The translations under genes were made by a program, and so were the position numbers. A stretch of 62,185 bases of DNA, the filler included. It is 5 parts of 5 records of this genome, joined end to end, with 100 filler letters (N's around TTAATTAATTAA, not from the genome) between each part and the next. Parts side by side here need not be neighbours in the genome. Positions count along the whole stretch, not along the records: positions 1 to 15,431 come from SRR2962707_4786; 4 more parts are not named here. One strand, written 5' to 3'. The notes beneath the pieces were generated by a model, which saw only the letters and a list, made by a program, of their open reading frames with translations, did no database searches and was not told where the DNA came from. Position 1 is the first letter of the stretch; every line of letters starts with the position of its first letter. Positions 1 through 11,486 of this stretch are shown here, one piece after another.

Positions 1-591
<591 letters not shown>

Positions 592-796
592 TTACCGCAT
601 CTGGCTTGCCCCTGATAGGGTGTCGGGTTTCGTGGGAGCGGTCGATCGACCGCGATATCGCGGCCCCTGGGCCGTTCCCACGGGCAGCGGCCGGGCGGCC
701 AATCACTACTGACAGAGGCTGTCGGGAGGCAGGTGGATACTGTCTCGCGCCGCCCTTTCCCTACAGCAGGACAGTCCCACAGGACAGCGATACACC

Positions 797-2812
797 ATGG
801 CAGACACCGCGTTTAAATTGCACTCGGATTACCAGCCCGCCGGGGATCAGCCCACCGCCATCGCGCAATTGGTGGAAGGGCTCGAGGATGGGCTTGGCCA
901 CCAGACTCTGCTCGGGGTGACCGGGTCGGGGAAGACGTTCACCATGGCCAATGTGATCCAGCAGGTGCAGCGCCCGACCCTGGTGATGGCGCACAATAAA
1001 ACCCTGGCCGCCCAGCTGTACGGCGAGTTCAAGGCATTCTTCCCGGAAAACGCGGTGGAGTATTTCGTTTCCTACTACGATTACTACCAGCCGGAAGCCT
1101 ACGTGCCCAGCTCGGACACCTTTATCGACAAGGACGCCTCGGTGAACGAGCACATCGAGCAGATGCGCCTGTCCGCCACCAAGGCCATTATCGAGCGCCC
1201 GGACACCATCATCGTTGCCACGGTGTCGGCCATTTACGGTCTGGGTGATCCCGCCAGCTACCATGCCATGGTGTTGCATCTGGTGCGTGGTGATCATATC
1301 GATCAGCGCGACCTGCTGCGGCGCCTGGCGGAGCTGCAGTACACCCGCAACGAGATGGACTTCCGCCGTGCCACCTACCGGGTGCGCGGTGACGTCATCG
1401 ACATCTTCCCGGCGGAAGAGGAGAGCAAAGCGGTACGTCTGGAGCTGTTCGATGACGAGATCGAGGATATCAGTATCTTCGATCCGCTCACCGGCGAGGT
1501 GATCAAGCGGGTGGGGCGCGTCACCATTTATCCCAAGAGCCACTATGTGACGCCCCGGGAGACCGTGCTCAAGGCCATCGAGATGATAAAGGAGGAGCTG
1601 GCCGACCGCCTCAAGCTGTTGCGGGACAGCAACAAGCTGGTGGAGGCACAGCGGCTGGAGCAGCGCACCCGTTTCGACATCGAGATGCTGCAGGAACTGG
1701 GCTACTGCAATGGCGTGGAGAACTACTCGCGGCTGTTCTCCGGCCGGCAGCCCGGCGAGGCGCCGCCGACGCTGTTCGACTATCTGCCACCGGACTCGTT
1801 GCTGATCATGGATGAGTCCCACGTCACCGTGCCGCAGCTGGGCGCCATGTACAAAGGCGACCGCTCCCGCAAGGAAACCCTGGTGGAATACGGCTTCCGG
1901 CTGCCCTCGGCGCTGGACAACCGGCCCCTCAAATTCGAGGAATGGGAGCGGCTGGCCCCGCAGATGGTGTTTGTCTCCGCCACGCCGGGCCCCTACGAGG
2001 AAAAACACGCCGGCCAGGTGGTGGAGCAGGTGGTGCGGCCCACCGGGCTGGTGGACCCGGCCATCGAAATCCGCCCCGCCGGCAGCCAGGTGGACGACCT
2101 GCTGGGCGAGGCCCGGGAATGCATCGCCAAGGGCGAACGGGTACTGGTAACCACGCTGACCAAACGGATGGCGGAAGACCTCACCGAATACCTGAACGAA
2201 AACGGCATCAAGGTGCGCTACCTGCACTCCGACATCGACACCGTGGAGCGGGTGGAAATCATCCGCGACCTGCGTCTGGGCAAGTTCGATGTGCTGGTGG
2301 GGATCAACCTGCTGCGGGAGGGCCTGGATATGCCGGAAGTGGCGCTGGTCGCCATTCTTGACGCTGACAAGGAAGGCTTCCTGCGCTCCGACCGTTCCCT
2401 GATCCAGACCATCGGCCGGGCGGCGCGTAACATCCAGGGGCGGGCCATTCTCTACGCCGACCAGGTCACCGGCTCCATGCGCCGCGCCATCGACGAAACC
2501 GAGCGCCGCCGGACCAAGCAGATCGAACATAACAAGGCGATGGGCATTACCCCGCAAGGGCTGGTCAAGCAGGTGCGGGACATCATGGATGACGCCTATA
2601 CCACTGGCGCCGGCCAGCCGGAGCGCAAGCGCACCCGCAAGGTAGCGGACGACCGCGAGAAATACGTGGCCCGCTCACCGGCGGAGGTAGCCAAGGAAAT
2701 CGATCAGCTGGAAGCGAAGATGATGGAGCACGCCAAGAATCTGGAGTTCGAGCAGGCCGCGGCCCTGCGCGACCGCATCCATCGCCTGCGGGAAGAAGGG
2801 TTTATGCGGTGA
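797..2812 (+). CDS. uvrB: Excinuclease ABC subunit B
   Basis: GVTGSGKT Walker [11 protein letters not shown] hairpin, DESH, GRAARN, C-terminal UVR domain ([13 protein letters not shown]). Confidence 0.99.
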   Translation: MADTAFKLHSDYQPAGDQPTAIAQLVEGLEDGLGHQTLLGVTGSGKTFTMANVIQQVQRPTLVMAHNKTLAAQLYGEFKAFFPENAVEYFVSYYDYYQPEAYVPSSDTFIDKDASVNEHIEQMRLSATKAIIERPDTIIVATVSAIYGLGDPASYHAMVLHLVRGDHIDQRDLLRRLAELQYTRNEMDFRRATYRVRGDVIDIFPAEEESKAVRLELFDDEIEDISIFDPLTGEVIKRVGRVTIYPKSHYVTPRETVLKAIEMIKEELADRLKLLRDSNKLVEAQRLEQRTRFDIEMLQELGYCNGVENYSRLFSGRQPGEAPPTLFDYLPPDSLLIMDESHVTVPQLGAMYKGDRSRKETLVEYGFRLPSALDNRPLKFEEWERLAPQMVFVSATPGPYEEKHAGQVVEQVVRPTGLVDPAIEIRPAGSQVDDLLGEARECIAKGERVLVTTLTKRMAEDLTEYLNENGIKVRYLHSDIDTVERVEIIRDLRLGKFDVLVGINLLREGLDMPEVALVAILDADKEGFLRSDRSLIQTIGRAARNIQGRAILYADQVTGSMRRAIDETERRRTKQIEHNKAMGITPQGLVKQVRDIMDDAYTTGAGQPERKRTRKVADDREKYVARSPAEVAKEIDQLEAKMMEHAKNLEFEQAAALRDRIHRLREEGFMR

Positions 2813-2817
2813 GTTCC

Positions 2818-2888
2818 TTCGCCTGCGGGCAGGCTCCCACAGCGGCTTCGTCAGCACGGTTTTTTGTGGGAGCCTGCCCGCAGGCGAA
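2818..2888. repeat. REP-like inverted doublet between convergent uvrB and cysZ
   Basis: Perfect 24-bp inverted repeat (2818-2841 / 2865-2888). Each arm is GTGGGA followed by the internal palindrome GCCTGC-CC-GCAGGC. Confidence 0.8.
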
Positions 2889-2908
2889 TAGTCGGCCGTG
2901 AAGTCTCG

Positions 2909-3685
2909 CTACACCACCTCCGGCATCACCTCCGGGCTCAACTCCTTCACCCAGATCAGCGTCCCGGCAATCACCGCCACCGGCATGATGAACAGATTCA
3001 CCAGCGGCAGCATGGTCAGCCCCATCACCAGCGAGCCGAACGTCAGCACCAGCCAGCGCTTGCGCTTGAGCCGCACCAGCATCTCCTCGAACGACACCTG
3101 ACGGTTATCCGCGCCATAGTCGATGTACTGCATGCCCAGCAACCAGCCGGACCACAGGAACCACACCGCCGACGCGAAGACGTTCACCACCGGAATGAAA
3201 TAAAGCACCACCACCACGAACAGCACCAGGAGCGCCCGCCACAACCAGTACAGTGTCTTGCGGATCTCCCGCTTGAAGGTCCGCCAGATCATCGCGCCGA
3301 TGGACTCATCCGGCATCGGCCGGCTGGTGACCTGGATATCCACCTTCTCCGCCAGAAAACCCATGAACGGCGCCGCGATCAACTGTACGCCCAGGGTGAA
3401 GACGCTGGCGAACACCCCCAACAACAGAATCCACACCAGTACCACCGCCGCGTTGGCCAGAAACTGGATCAGCCCGTTGAGAAAGCTCAACCCGCCATCA
3501 AGCGCCCAGCCCGCCGTCACCGCCGAAATCCAGCCCCCGATCCAGGTCGCGGAGAGCCAGTACAGCACCCCGAACACCAGCACGTTAAAGGCCATCGGCA
3601 CCATGACATACCAACGCAGGCCCGGGCTGCGCGCCAGACTGAAGGCCTGACTCAAATAGGAAAACGCACGACTGATCTGCTGCAC
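2909..3685 (-). CDS. cysZ: CysZ / EI24-family membrane protein
   Basis: LIAAPFMGFLAEKV, YIDYGADNR and LPLVNLFIMPVAVIAGT motifs; several TM helices. Confidence 0.85.
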   Translation of the reverse strand: MQQISRAFSYLSQAFSLARSPGLRWYVMVPMAFNVLVFGVLYWLSATWIGGWISAVTAGWALDGGLSFLNGLIQFLANAAVVLVWILLLGVFASVFTLGVQLIAAPFMGFLAEKVDIQVTSRPMPDESIGAMIWRTFKREIRKTLYWLWRALLVLFVVVVLYFIPVVNVFASAVWFLWSGWLLGMQYIDYGADNRQVSFEEMLVRLKRKRWLVLTFGSLVMGLTMLPLVNLFIMPVAVIAGTLIWVKELSPEVMPEVV

Positions 3686-3872
3686 GGTCCACCCTGTCTT
3701 CGGCTACGGAAACATCGCGGAGTCTAGCGGGGTGGGAGGGTATGCGCCAATTTGTCGTGAAATGACAATTGAAAAATATTGTGGAGAAGTAGTAGTTATT
3801 AGTGTCGTGCAAGGGAGCATAACTGCACAGCAACATTGGGGCTAAAATAACTGACATGGAGATTGTCGACGT

Positions 3873-4211
3873 ATGAACAGGGTGAAGTCATTTCTTGCGT
3901 TTATCTTGATCGCCTTTTGTGCTCAATCCGTTTTTGCTGCTCCTCAGTGGTATAGAGGTGAGGTGACCCGCATCTATCAATATGGTGCCGCCGGTCAATT
4001 CACCATTACCATGGATCCCCCCCTTAATTTCTGCAAATACAATTACGCCTATTTCTCTGGAGAGAAATTCGAAGATCCAGAGCGTCTTCAGGTCGCGTTA
4101 TCCATCGTTCTGTCCGCCATGCATGGCGGGCGCACGATCGGTGTTGTTATTGATCCTGAGGATCTGACATCCGATGGCTTGTGTTTGGTGCGTAGCCTGG
4201 ACATACGGTAA
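3873..4211 (+). CDS. Small secreted protein, putative OB-fold (AB5 B-subunit-like) #1
   Basis: Signal peptide ending SVFA|AP; ~90-aa mature chain with 2 Cys; YRGEVTRIY...ALSIVLSAMHGGRTIGVVI. The fold is inferred. Confidence 0.6.
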   Translation: MNRVKSFLAFILIAFCAQSVFAAPQWYRGEVTRIYQYGAAGQFTITMDPPLNFCKYNYAYFSGEKFEDPERLQVALSIVLSAMHGGRTIGVVIDPEDLTSDGLCLVRSLDIR

Positions 4212-4245
4212 GTCTCTCTGACAAGGATGAAAAAAGGGGTGGGGT

Positions 4246-7200
4246 ATGTTCACGCGCTGTATCGCGGGTTTGTTGCTCTTATGTCTTCGAGGCTCGAATC
4301 AAGTAGCAGTTCGAGTCCATCGTAAATGTCTTCGTGTTCTTCTTGTGGTTTTGTTTGCCGTTGCGGGCTCCGCAATGGCGGCTCTTCCCTTGAATGAAAA
4401 CAGGTATGACATTTACTACGGTGATATCGACAGCGTGGAAAATGGATTGGATGGGCTCCCGGATATCCTGCTTAAGCCTCGTCAGCAGTATGTTCTGATA
4501 TCGACCAAGGTTTCGTTTCCCGCTCCGATTGATTCTGGTTATCAACCATTGCTGTTTTGTGGAACCAGTAGTGGCAACTTCGTTGCCTGTACGATGCGTG
4601 AAGGGGCTGACTTGCCCGGATCGCCAAGCAGCGAATTCGAGTTCCTGATCGGGGATCTTGACAATGATGGCACTCCCGACGTTCTTCTGAAGTCCAATTC
4701 TCCCAATGAAAACAGCCTCTTCCTGAGGAACAAGGGTGATGGAACTTTCCAGCTGGCGGACCAGTTCACCCATATCGGTGATGAATTGGTGTCGGGGGGC
4801 GCCGAAGTCGATATAGGGCAAAATCGGGACGCTGATGGTGATGTCATTCAGTTCGACGTTAATAAATACTCTCAGTGGACAGGATCTGGGTTCTCGGAAC
4901 CCAAATCGATTGAGCTGAGCACATCTCTGGTCGGGTCCTCCGCCTCTTCCTTCTCTGTGGAATTGGGGCAGGCCCAGTTTTCCTTACCTATCCAGCTCCC
5001 CAAAGGCGGCGCTGGCGTTGATCCTTCATTCTCCGTCCAGTACTCCAGCGGCTCGGGTTATGGCCAGGCGGGCATGGGATTCAACATATCCGGGACTTCC
5101 GCCATTGAGCGTTGCGGAAAGAGTTATGAGCGGGATGGCCTGGTAACCGGCGTTAAGGGGAACGATCAGGATCTGGCCTGCCTTGATGGCAACCGACTGG
5201 TACTGGTATCTGGTGCCTATTGGGGTAACGGCTCTGTTTATCAGACCGAGGCGGAGTCCGATCGTAAGATCGTCTACAGCCAGGGAGGCTTTACCGTCCA
5301 TGGGAAGAACGGTGATGTCATGTATTACGGCAGCCGGGCGGATACCCGTATCACTGGCCGCTTGTCCAGCAACGCGGTTGGGCGTTGGGTTCTGGATGGC
5401 GTGGAAGACCGCTTGGGGTATGGATATCGGGTAACGTACCAGCCTGGCTCCGCCGGCTACTTCCCCCAGAAGATCGAGTACACGGTCAAGGACGGCCAGG
5501 CCGGCAGTGGGGATGCGGAGGTGGAGTTCACCTATGAGCCGGACCCCTATGGCTGGCACACCGCGGTGCTTGGCAAGGTGTATAAGGTGGGGCTTCGTTT
5601 GGCCAGTGTGACCTCTCGAAGTCACGGTTCCGTGGCACGCCAATATCATTTCCGCTATGAAACCAGCCCAGCGACCAAACGCTCGCTGTTGGCTCAATTC
5701 TTCGAGTGCGATGCCTCGGTTCGCTGTTTCGAACCCATCACTTTGAACTGGAAGAAAGAGCGTCAACCGGATTTTTCCAAGACCACTTACTCCCGCTTCC
5801 CTGGAACTCCTTCGACCGATTATGTGTTCGAAGAGGGACTGCATTATCCAGGCTTTGCCCGCTGGGTGGATATCAATCGGGATAAGTATGACGACTATTG
5901 CCGGATATCAGGTACCGGGGCTGGCTATGGCTCCGCCGCCGAAATTATATGTTATCTGAGCGATGGAAACGGGGGCTTTGGATCGCAGGTCGAAATTGAT
6001 GCCGGACTGGTGGGAACACGCTTGCAACAAGATTCGGAGTCTCCGGTTCCTGATTGGGGGCGCCATAACTGGAATGTGGACCCTGCCTGGATCGATATCA
6101 ACGATGACGGTCTGGTGGATCTGTGCTACTCCACTATCCAGGGTGATAATGACCGGCTGACCTGCCGCTTGAATAAACCCAATCTGCAGAATGCGTTCAA
6201 AGAGCTCATTACTTTTGACGTGTCCCGCCCCGTCGGCAAGTTTTATGTCGGTCCCCGCTCCTGGATGGACTTTAACGGTAATGGCAAGATCGACTATTGC
6301 TATACCTATTTGAAAGACAACAAGAAGTATATTCGCTGTCTGGTTCAATCGGTCAACGGGTTCACGTTCTCACAAGCCTTCACCAAGGAAATCACCGACA
6401 TGGCCGGCTACTGGGCCGATGTCAATGGTGATGGGCTGCCAGACTATTGTATTACCACCAAAACCAAAGTTACCTGCCATATCAACAATCAGGGAGAGAA
6501 TCTGAACGGTGGGGTTTGGTCGAAGGTCGGTACTCATTTCCAGACCAGTGAAAAGAACTGGCCCTACAAAGGTAGCTCCACTCGGTATTTTAGCGCGCTG
6601 TTTACCGACTTCACGGGCAACGGGTTTTCTGATTTCTGCCGCATCTATTGGACCAAGGAAGGCGGGAAAGATGGTTATCGCGCATCCTGCCTGGAGTCTC
6701 TTGGGAATGGTTGGGGCAATGAAATTTACTCCGCTTTTCTACCGGTCCATCAGAGATTTGACGGTGACCTGGAATCGATGGCGGAGGCTACTCAGTTCAT
6801 GGACGTGAACCAGGACGGCCGCATGGACTGGTGTGTGGAAAACAGCCTTCCCACCGCCTATACAGATACACACCTGACCTGTTTTATTTCCACGCCAGAC
6901 GGATTCGGTACGTCTCCGGTGAAGTATCGTCTGCCCTATCTTGGATCAAACATTCGCGGTATGCGGGACATCAATCGGGGCTGGGCGGACATCAATGGTG
7001 ATGGCCACGATGCCTATTGCGCCCTGTATTGGAAGTCTCTAGTCCCCCGAAATCGCGGCATGGCCTGCTTCGGTCCCCAGGTGCCGGAGCAAGGAGACCT
7101 GCTCACCGGCGTCACCAACGGCTTTGGGCTTGAGTACGGGGTTACCTACAAAGATATCGCTGATCCGTCGGTGTACGCCTATGGAGACCCCACCGGCAGT

Positions 7201-10200
7201 CACGGCCAGGTCTTCCTGACCAAAGGCATGAACGTGGTTTCGGAGCTGGAGGCCTCCGACGGCATCGGCGGCTACAACACCCAGCAATATTTCTACCGGA
7301 ACTACGGCTACTACCCCAATGAGTTCGGTGGCGTCGGCTTCGAGATGCTCAGGGTGACCTCGGAGAACGGCAGAAAACGCCATGACATCTGGTTCAATCA
7401 GGACGTCCGCAATCATACCGTCGGTCAGGTGGATCGCTCCGAAACCTATTACAAGGTCGGTGGCGGCTTCCAACTGGTCTCCAGCGAAGAAAATGAGTGG
7501 CAGACCCAGGTTTACCGGGGCCAGGGATTCCCGTTGCAGTCCGCTTCCAATATATGGAACCGCAATGCCGCTATCTCCCTGCGTTACCGGTCTTTGCTCA
7601 AAGGCAGCGTCAGCAAGGAGTATGAGCTCGACGGCAGCCTGATCAAGACGGTGGAATCCAGCAATACCTACAAAAACACCGGTGACCTGGCGATGCAGGA
7701 GGTCACCACTTCCGGAACGGGCCAGACGTTCAGCAAACGACTGGTCAACCAGTATCTGACCAACAACCTGACCTACTGGATCCTCGGCCGTCAGTCCCGT
7801 TCCGAAGCCACTTACTCTGGTTCGTATCAGGGACAGGCGACGCCCACCATTACCAGAACGTCGGCCTGGACCTACTATTCAGCGTCGCAGCCCGGTATCG
7901 GCGGCATGCTGCAATCCGAGATCGTGGAGCCGGATCAGCCGCAATTACGCAAGGAAACCCGCTATACCTACAACGCCTATGGGCTGACGGAAACACGGGT
8001 GGAGAAGGGCGCTGGCGGCGCGGAACGAAGCACGCAATTCACCTATGATCCCACCGGCCGCTTCGTGGTGGAGAGCCGCAATACTCTGGGGCACACCTCG
8101 AAAGCGACCTATGACCCGGTGCTGGGTGTCAAGCTGACGGAGAGTGACCCGAACAACGTCACCACCCGTTGGGACTACGACTCTCTCGGACGCCCGCTGA
8201 CCGAATTCAGCGCGGATGGGCAGCGCCGGGAGACCCGCATCAAGGCTTGCATAAGCAATTGCCCGGCCAACGCGGTGTACTACACCGAAAGCTGGCTGGC
8301 AGGCCGTAACGGCACGCCGATCAGCGGCCCGACCCGGGAATACACGGACTTGCTTGGCCGTACCATCGAAACCCGGGCCACCGGCTTCGCCGGCGAAACC
8401 ATCGTGGCGAAGACGGAATATGACGCCAACGGCGACGTGACCCGCACCTCCGAGCCGCATGAGCTGGGCGGAGCGGTGTACTGGAATCAGGTGATGTCCC
8501 GTGATGTCCTGGGGCGCCCCCTGGTGGAGCGGTCCGCGTCCGGTTTGACGTCCAACCATCAGTACAGCGGACTCACCACGCAACAAACGGTGTCCTGGAG
8601 CGATCCCGTGGGAGGTGGTCAGACCACCCAGGTGACCGTTCACACCAACGATGTTCAGGACCGCTTGCGCCGGGTGGTGGACGCAGCCAATCGGCAGCTT
8701 ACCTACCAATACGATGCTTCAGGCAAGCTGCTGAAGGTGGTGCTTCCGGACCAGGTGGAGCTGGTTAACACTTATGACGCCCTGGGCCGTAAGGTCGGCT
8801 CCCAGGATCCGAATATTGGTCAATGGCAGTACGCCTATGACGATTTTGACCAGATCGTTCTGCAACAGAACGGCAGTGGCGCCCGGACCTGTTCGGCCTA
8901 TGACGAGCTCGGGCGGCTGATTTCTCGCACCGATGATTATCGGCCTTCTCTGAGCTGGGCCCAGGCATCACAGGCCGCCTTGAACGGCTGCGCGGGGCAG
9001 ACCGCGACCCATAGCTGGAGCTATGACGCCCCGGCCAAAGGGGTGGGGCGCCTGGCTCTGGTGACCGCCAACAATGGCTATCGGGAAGAGCCCTTCTACG
9101 ATGGGATTGGCCGGGTGGTGCAGGTGGACACCCGTTTCGATGGCCGTCAGTTCACCCGTTCAAGCCAGTTCGACAGCAATACCGGCCGCCTTGTACAAGA
9201 GACGTTGCCGCACCGGATCAACGGCCCGAGCCTGAGCGTGGAATACCGCTACAACGCTCAGGGCGAACTCCATGAGATCGGCAAGCCCGGTGAGGAAGAT
9301 TATTACTGGCGGGCCAATGCCAAGACCGTGCGTGGTCAGATCAAGGATGTGTACCAGGGTAACGGCATCATCCGCAAACTGTACGACCATGATTCGGCGT
9401 CCGGTTTCCTGACCCAGATCCGCTCCAAGATGATGTTCGACGCCGGCTGGAATATCCAGAACGAGTTCTACGACTTCGACGCCAAGGGGCTGATGCGCAA
9501 GCGTACCCAGCAGGCGGTGGGTAACCTGGAGCAAGTGGAGGAAACCTTCGAGTACGATGTGGTGGACCGCCTGGTGCAAGCCACGGTGGCCAACATGACC
9601 ACCCCGGGGAACTCCTTCGAGCAGTCCATCGACTACGACGTCGGCGGCAACATCCTGCAGCGCAACGACGTCGGCCAGTACCAGTATGGCGAAAGCTGCG
9701 AAGTAGGCGGTACCCAATACACGCCGGGACCCCATGCCGTTACCAGTGTTACAGGAGCCCGCAACGCCAGCTACTGCTATGACAGTGGCGGCAACATGCT
9801 TTCTGGCGGTGGCAAGACTATCTCCTACACCGCTTTCAACAAGCCGGACCGGATTCAGGGGACCAGTGCGACGGTGGACCTGGTCTATGGCCCGGACCGC
9901 GCCATCCTGAAACAAGTCACCACCACCTCCGGGAAAACCACCAGCAAGATCTCTCTGGGTGGGTACGAGTACCTGGATATCCAGAAGAACGGGCAGACCA
10001 CCATCAAGGAACGCTTCCGGATCACCGGCGACGTGGTGGTGTCCTTCGAAAACGGGGATGCCTCTTCGCCCAACGAAGAGCACCTGTTCATGGACGGTAT
10101 GGGCTCCGTGGTGGCCGTGGCCCACGGCCTCGGCGGTGTCACCGAACGCTACCGCTACGACCCCTGGGGCCGGCCACGCAAAGACGTGGATTGGACGGCG

Positions 10201-11484
10201 ATCAGCGACGCCGCCTGGTTCGGCATGGAGCGCGCGGAAAAGGCCACCAGCAAAGGTTACACCGGCCACGAAATGCTCGACGACGTCGGCATTATCCACA
10301 TGGGCGGCCGCATCTACGACCCCACCATCGGCCGCTTCCTCAGCGCCGACCCGGTGATCAAGGGCCTGGACCAGGTGGAAAGCTACAACCGCTACAGTTA
10401 TGCCCTCAACAACCCCATGAGCATCACCGACCCCAGCGGCTATTCCTGGCTGAGCAAGACCTGGAAGAAGCTGCGGAACTCGATTAAGAAGCGGATGGGG
10501 ATTGTGGCTTTGGCGTTTATCAATCCCCAACTGGCGTTCAATACCACGGCGTATAGTAAGGGAGGCAAAGAGCTCGCCCGCTTTGCCGCAAGAAATAAGT
10601 ATGCAGGGGAAGTATTCGGCGTTGTAGGTATAGCTGGTTGTTCTTTCTTTTCCGCCGGGGCCGCGACTAGCGCCTGTGTCGCCGGGTATCAAGGGTGGGT
10701 ATCCTCAAGTGTCGCGTATGGCAGTGGCGCCCCCATTGAGAAGGCGTTGGTGGCTGGTGCCAAATCAGCGGCGTTAGCCTACGCGGACATAAGTGCAGCC
10801 GGTGCCATCGGTAGTCTCAGGCTTGGTGAGATGGGCAGTGGGATCGCCCACGGTGCCCGTGGTGCCGCCTTCGCCCGCCTGCGAGGTGCTGACGTTAAGT
10901 CCGGTATCATTGGTGGTATGACCGAAGGGATGATCGGCACCAGAATCAAGGGATGGACCGATGGTGAGCGGGGCTCTGGGACCGTACTGGCAGGGCTGGT
11001 CAGTGGTACTGTATCCGAGGCTACGGGTGGCAAGTTCATGGTTGGGGCTGCTACCGGGGCTATGGGGTATTTGTTTAATCAGATGTCACAGGAATCAGCT
11101 GACCCTAATGGGGAGCCTTTTGTTGAGAATGAATATTTAAACAGAGCTGCACGAGACATATTGGCTCCGGAAGGAAGTTACAGAATGCTAGATAAAGATG
11201 GCCGACTAATATACTCACTTCCTCAAGACTGGGAGGCGTACACTCTTCCGGAAGGAGGAGGGTTTGTTATCGCGAGGCCTGGATGGCGGCCAATGCATGG
11301 GCTTCAAAATGTTGTTAGAGTTCAACCGCCTGGGACCGGCTCTTTCAAGCACAATCCGAAGGGATATTATGTTGTTTATAATAAAAATGGTCAGCCTATC
11401 AGCCCGTATTCGGGGAGAACGGTGAGTAGGAAGAAGTGGCACAATGAATTCTCAATAATTATTCCTGGACGGTATGGAGAATAG
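4246..11484 (+). CDS. Secreted SpvB/FG-GAP/RHS (YD-repeat) polymorphic toxin, 2412 aa
   Basis: Hydrophobic leader ending AMA|A; FG-GAP-like DxDxDG motifs; SpvB-like FSLPIQLPKG..PSFSVQYSS..GMGF; YD repeats; RHS core GYTGHE..RIYDPTIGRFLSADP..NNPMSITDPSG (DPSG at 10429-10440); variable C-terminus. Confidence 0.93.
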   Translation: MFTRCIAGLLLLCLRGSNQVAVRVHRKCLRVLLVVLFAVAGSAMAALPLNENRYDIYYGDIDSVENGLDGLPDILLKPRQQYVLISTKVSFPAPIDSGYQPLLFCGTSSGNFVACTMREGADLPGSPSSEFEFLIGDLDNDGTPDVLLKSNSPNENSLFLRNKGDGTFQLADQFTHIGDELVSGGAEVDIGQNRDADGDVIQFDVNKYSQWTGSGFSEPKSIELSTSLVGSSASSFSVELGQAQFSLPIQLPKGGAGVDPSFSVQYSSGSGYGQAGMGFNISGTSAIERCGKSYERDGLVTGVKGNDQDLACLDGNRLVLVSGAYWGNGSVYQTEAESDRKIVYSQGGFTVHGKNGDVMYYGSRADTRITGRLSSNAVGRWVLDGVEDRLGYGYRVTYQPGSAGYFPQKIEYTVKDGQAGSGDAEVEFTYEPDPYGWHTAVLGKVYKVGLRLASVTSRSHGSVARQYHFRYETSPATKRSLLAQFFECDASVRCFEPITLNWKKERQPDFSKTTYSRFPGTPSTDYVFEEGLHYPGFARWVDINRDKYDDYCRISGTGAGYGSAAEIICYLSDGNGGFGSQVEIDAGLVGTRLQQDSESPVPDWGRHNWNVDPAWIDINDDGLVDLCYSTIQGDNDRLTCRLNKPNLQNAFKELITFDVSRPVGKFYVGPRSWMDFNGNGKIDYCYTYLKDNKKYIRCLVQSVNGFTFSQAFTKEITDMAGYWADVNGDGLPDYCITTKTKVTCHINNQGENLNGGVWSKVGTHFQTSEKNWPYKGSSTRYFSALFTDFTGNGFSDFCRIYWTKEGGKDGYRASCLESLGNGWGNEIYSAFLPVHQRFDGDLESMAEATQFMDVNQDGRMDWCVENSLPTAYTDTHLTCFISTPDGFGTSPVKYRLPYLGSNIRGMRDINRGWADINGDGHDAYCALYWKSLVPRNRGMACFGPQVPEQGDLLTGVTNGFGLEYGVTYKDIADPSVYAYGDPTGSHGQVFLTKGMNVVSELEASDGIGGYNTQQYFYRNYGYYPNEFGGVGFEMLRVTSENGRKRHDIWFNQDVRNHTVGQVDRSETYYKVGGGFQLVSSEENEWQTQVYRGQGFPLQSASNIWNRNAAISLRYRSLLKGSVSKEYELDGSLIKTVESSNTYKNTGDLAMQEVTTSGTGQTFSKRLVNQYLTNNLTYWILGRQSRSEATYSGSYQGQATPTITRTSAWTYYSASQPGIGGMLQSEIVEPDQPQLRKETRYTYNAYGLTETRVEKGAGGAERSTQFTYDPTGRFVVESRNTLGHTSKATYDPVLGVKLTESDPNNVTTRWDYDSLGRPLTEFSADGQRRETRIKACISNCPANAVYYTESWLAGRNGTPISGPTREYTDLLGRTIETRATGFAGETIVAKTEYDANGDVTRTSEPHELGGAVYWNQVMSRDVLGRPLVERSASGLTSNHQYSGLTTQQTVSWSDPVGGGQTTQVTVHTNDVQDRLRRVVDAANRQLTYQYDASGKLLKVVLPDQVELVNTYDALGRKVGSQDPNIGQWQYAYDDFDQIVLQQNGSGARTCSAYDELGRLISRTDDYRPSLSWAQASQAALNGCAGQTATHSWSYDAPAKGVGRLALVTANNGYREEPFYDGIGRVVQVDTRFDGRQFTRSSQFDSNTGRLVQETLPHRINGPSLSVEYRYNAQGELHEIGKPGEEDYYWRANAKTVRGQIKDVYQGNGIIRKLYDHDSASGFLTQIRSKMMFDAGWNIQNEFYDFDAKGLMRKRTQQAVGNLEQVEETFEYDVVDRLVQATVANMTTPGNSFEQSIDYDVGGNILQRNDVGQYQYGESCEVGGTQYTPGPHAVTSVTGARNASYCYDSGGNMLSGGGKTISYTAFNKPDRIQGTSATVDLVYGPDRAILKQVTTTSGKTTSKISLGGYEYLDIQKNGQTTIKERFRITGDVVVSFENGDASSPNEEHLFMDGMGSVVAVAHGLGGVTERYRYDPWGRPRKDVDWTAISDAAWFGMERAEKATSKGYTGHEMLDDVGIIHMGGRIYDPTIGRFLSADPVIKGLDQVESYNRYSYALNNPMSITDPSGYSWLSKTWKKLRNSIKKRMGIVALAFINPQLAFNTTAYSKGGKELARFAARNKYAGEVFGVVGIAGCSFFSAGAATSACVAGYQGWVSSSVAYGSGAPIEKALVAGAKSAALAYADISAAGAIGSLRLGEMGSGIAHGARGAAFARLRGADVKSGIIGGMTEGMIGTRIKGWTDGERGSGTVLAGLVSGTVSEATGGKFMVGAATGAMGYLFNQMSQESADPNGEPFVENEYLNRAARDILAPEGSYRMLDKDGRLIYSLPQDWEAYTLPEGGGFVIARPGWRPMHGLQNVVRVQPPGTGSFKHNPKGYYVVYNKNGQPISPYSGRTVSRKKWHNEFSIIIPGRYGE

Positions 11485-11486
11485 GC

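Noticed and set aside
761-2557. 598-aa antisense ORF (and similar ones, e.g. 9160-10692, 13419-14558, 29715-31097, 55588-56976)
   Set aside because: Shadow frames of real genes in GC-rich DNA, with no recognisable motifs.
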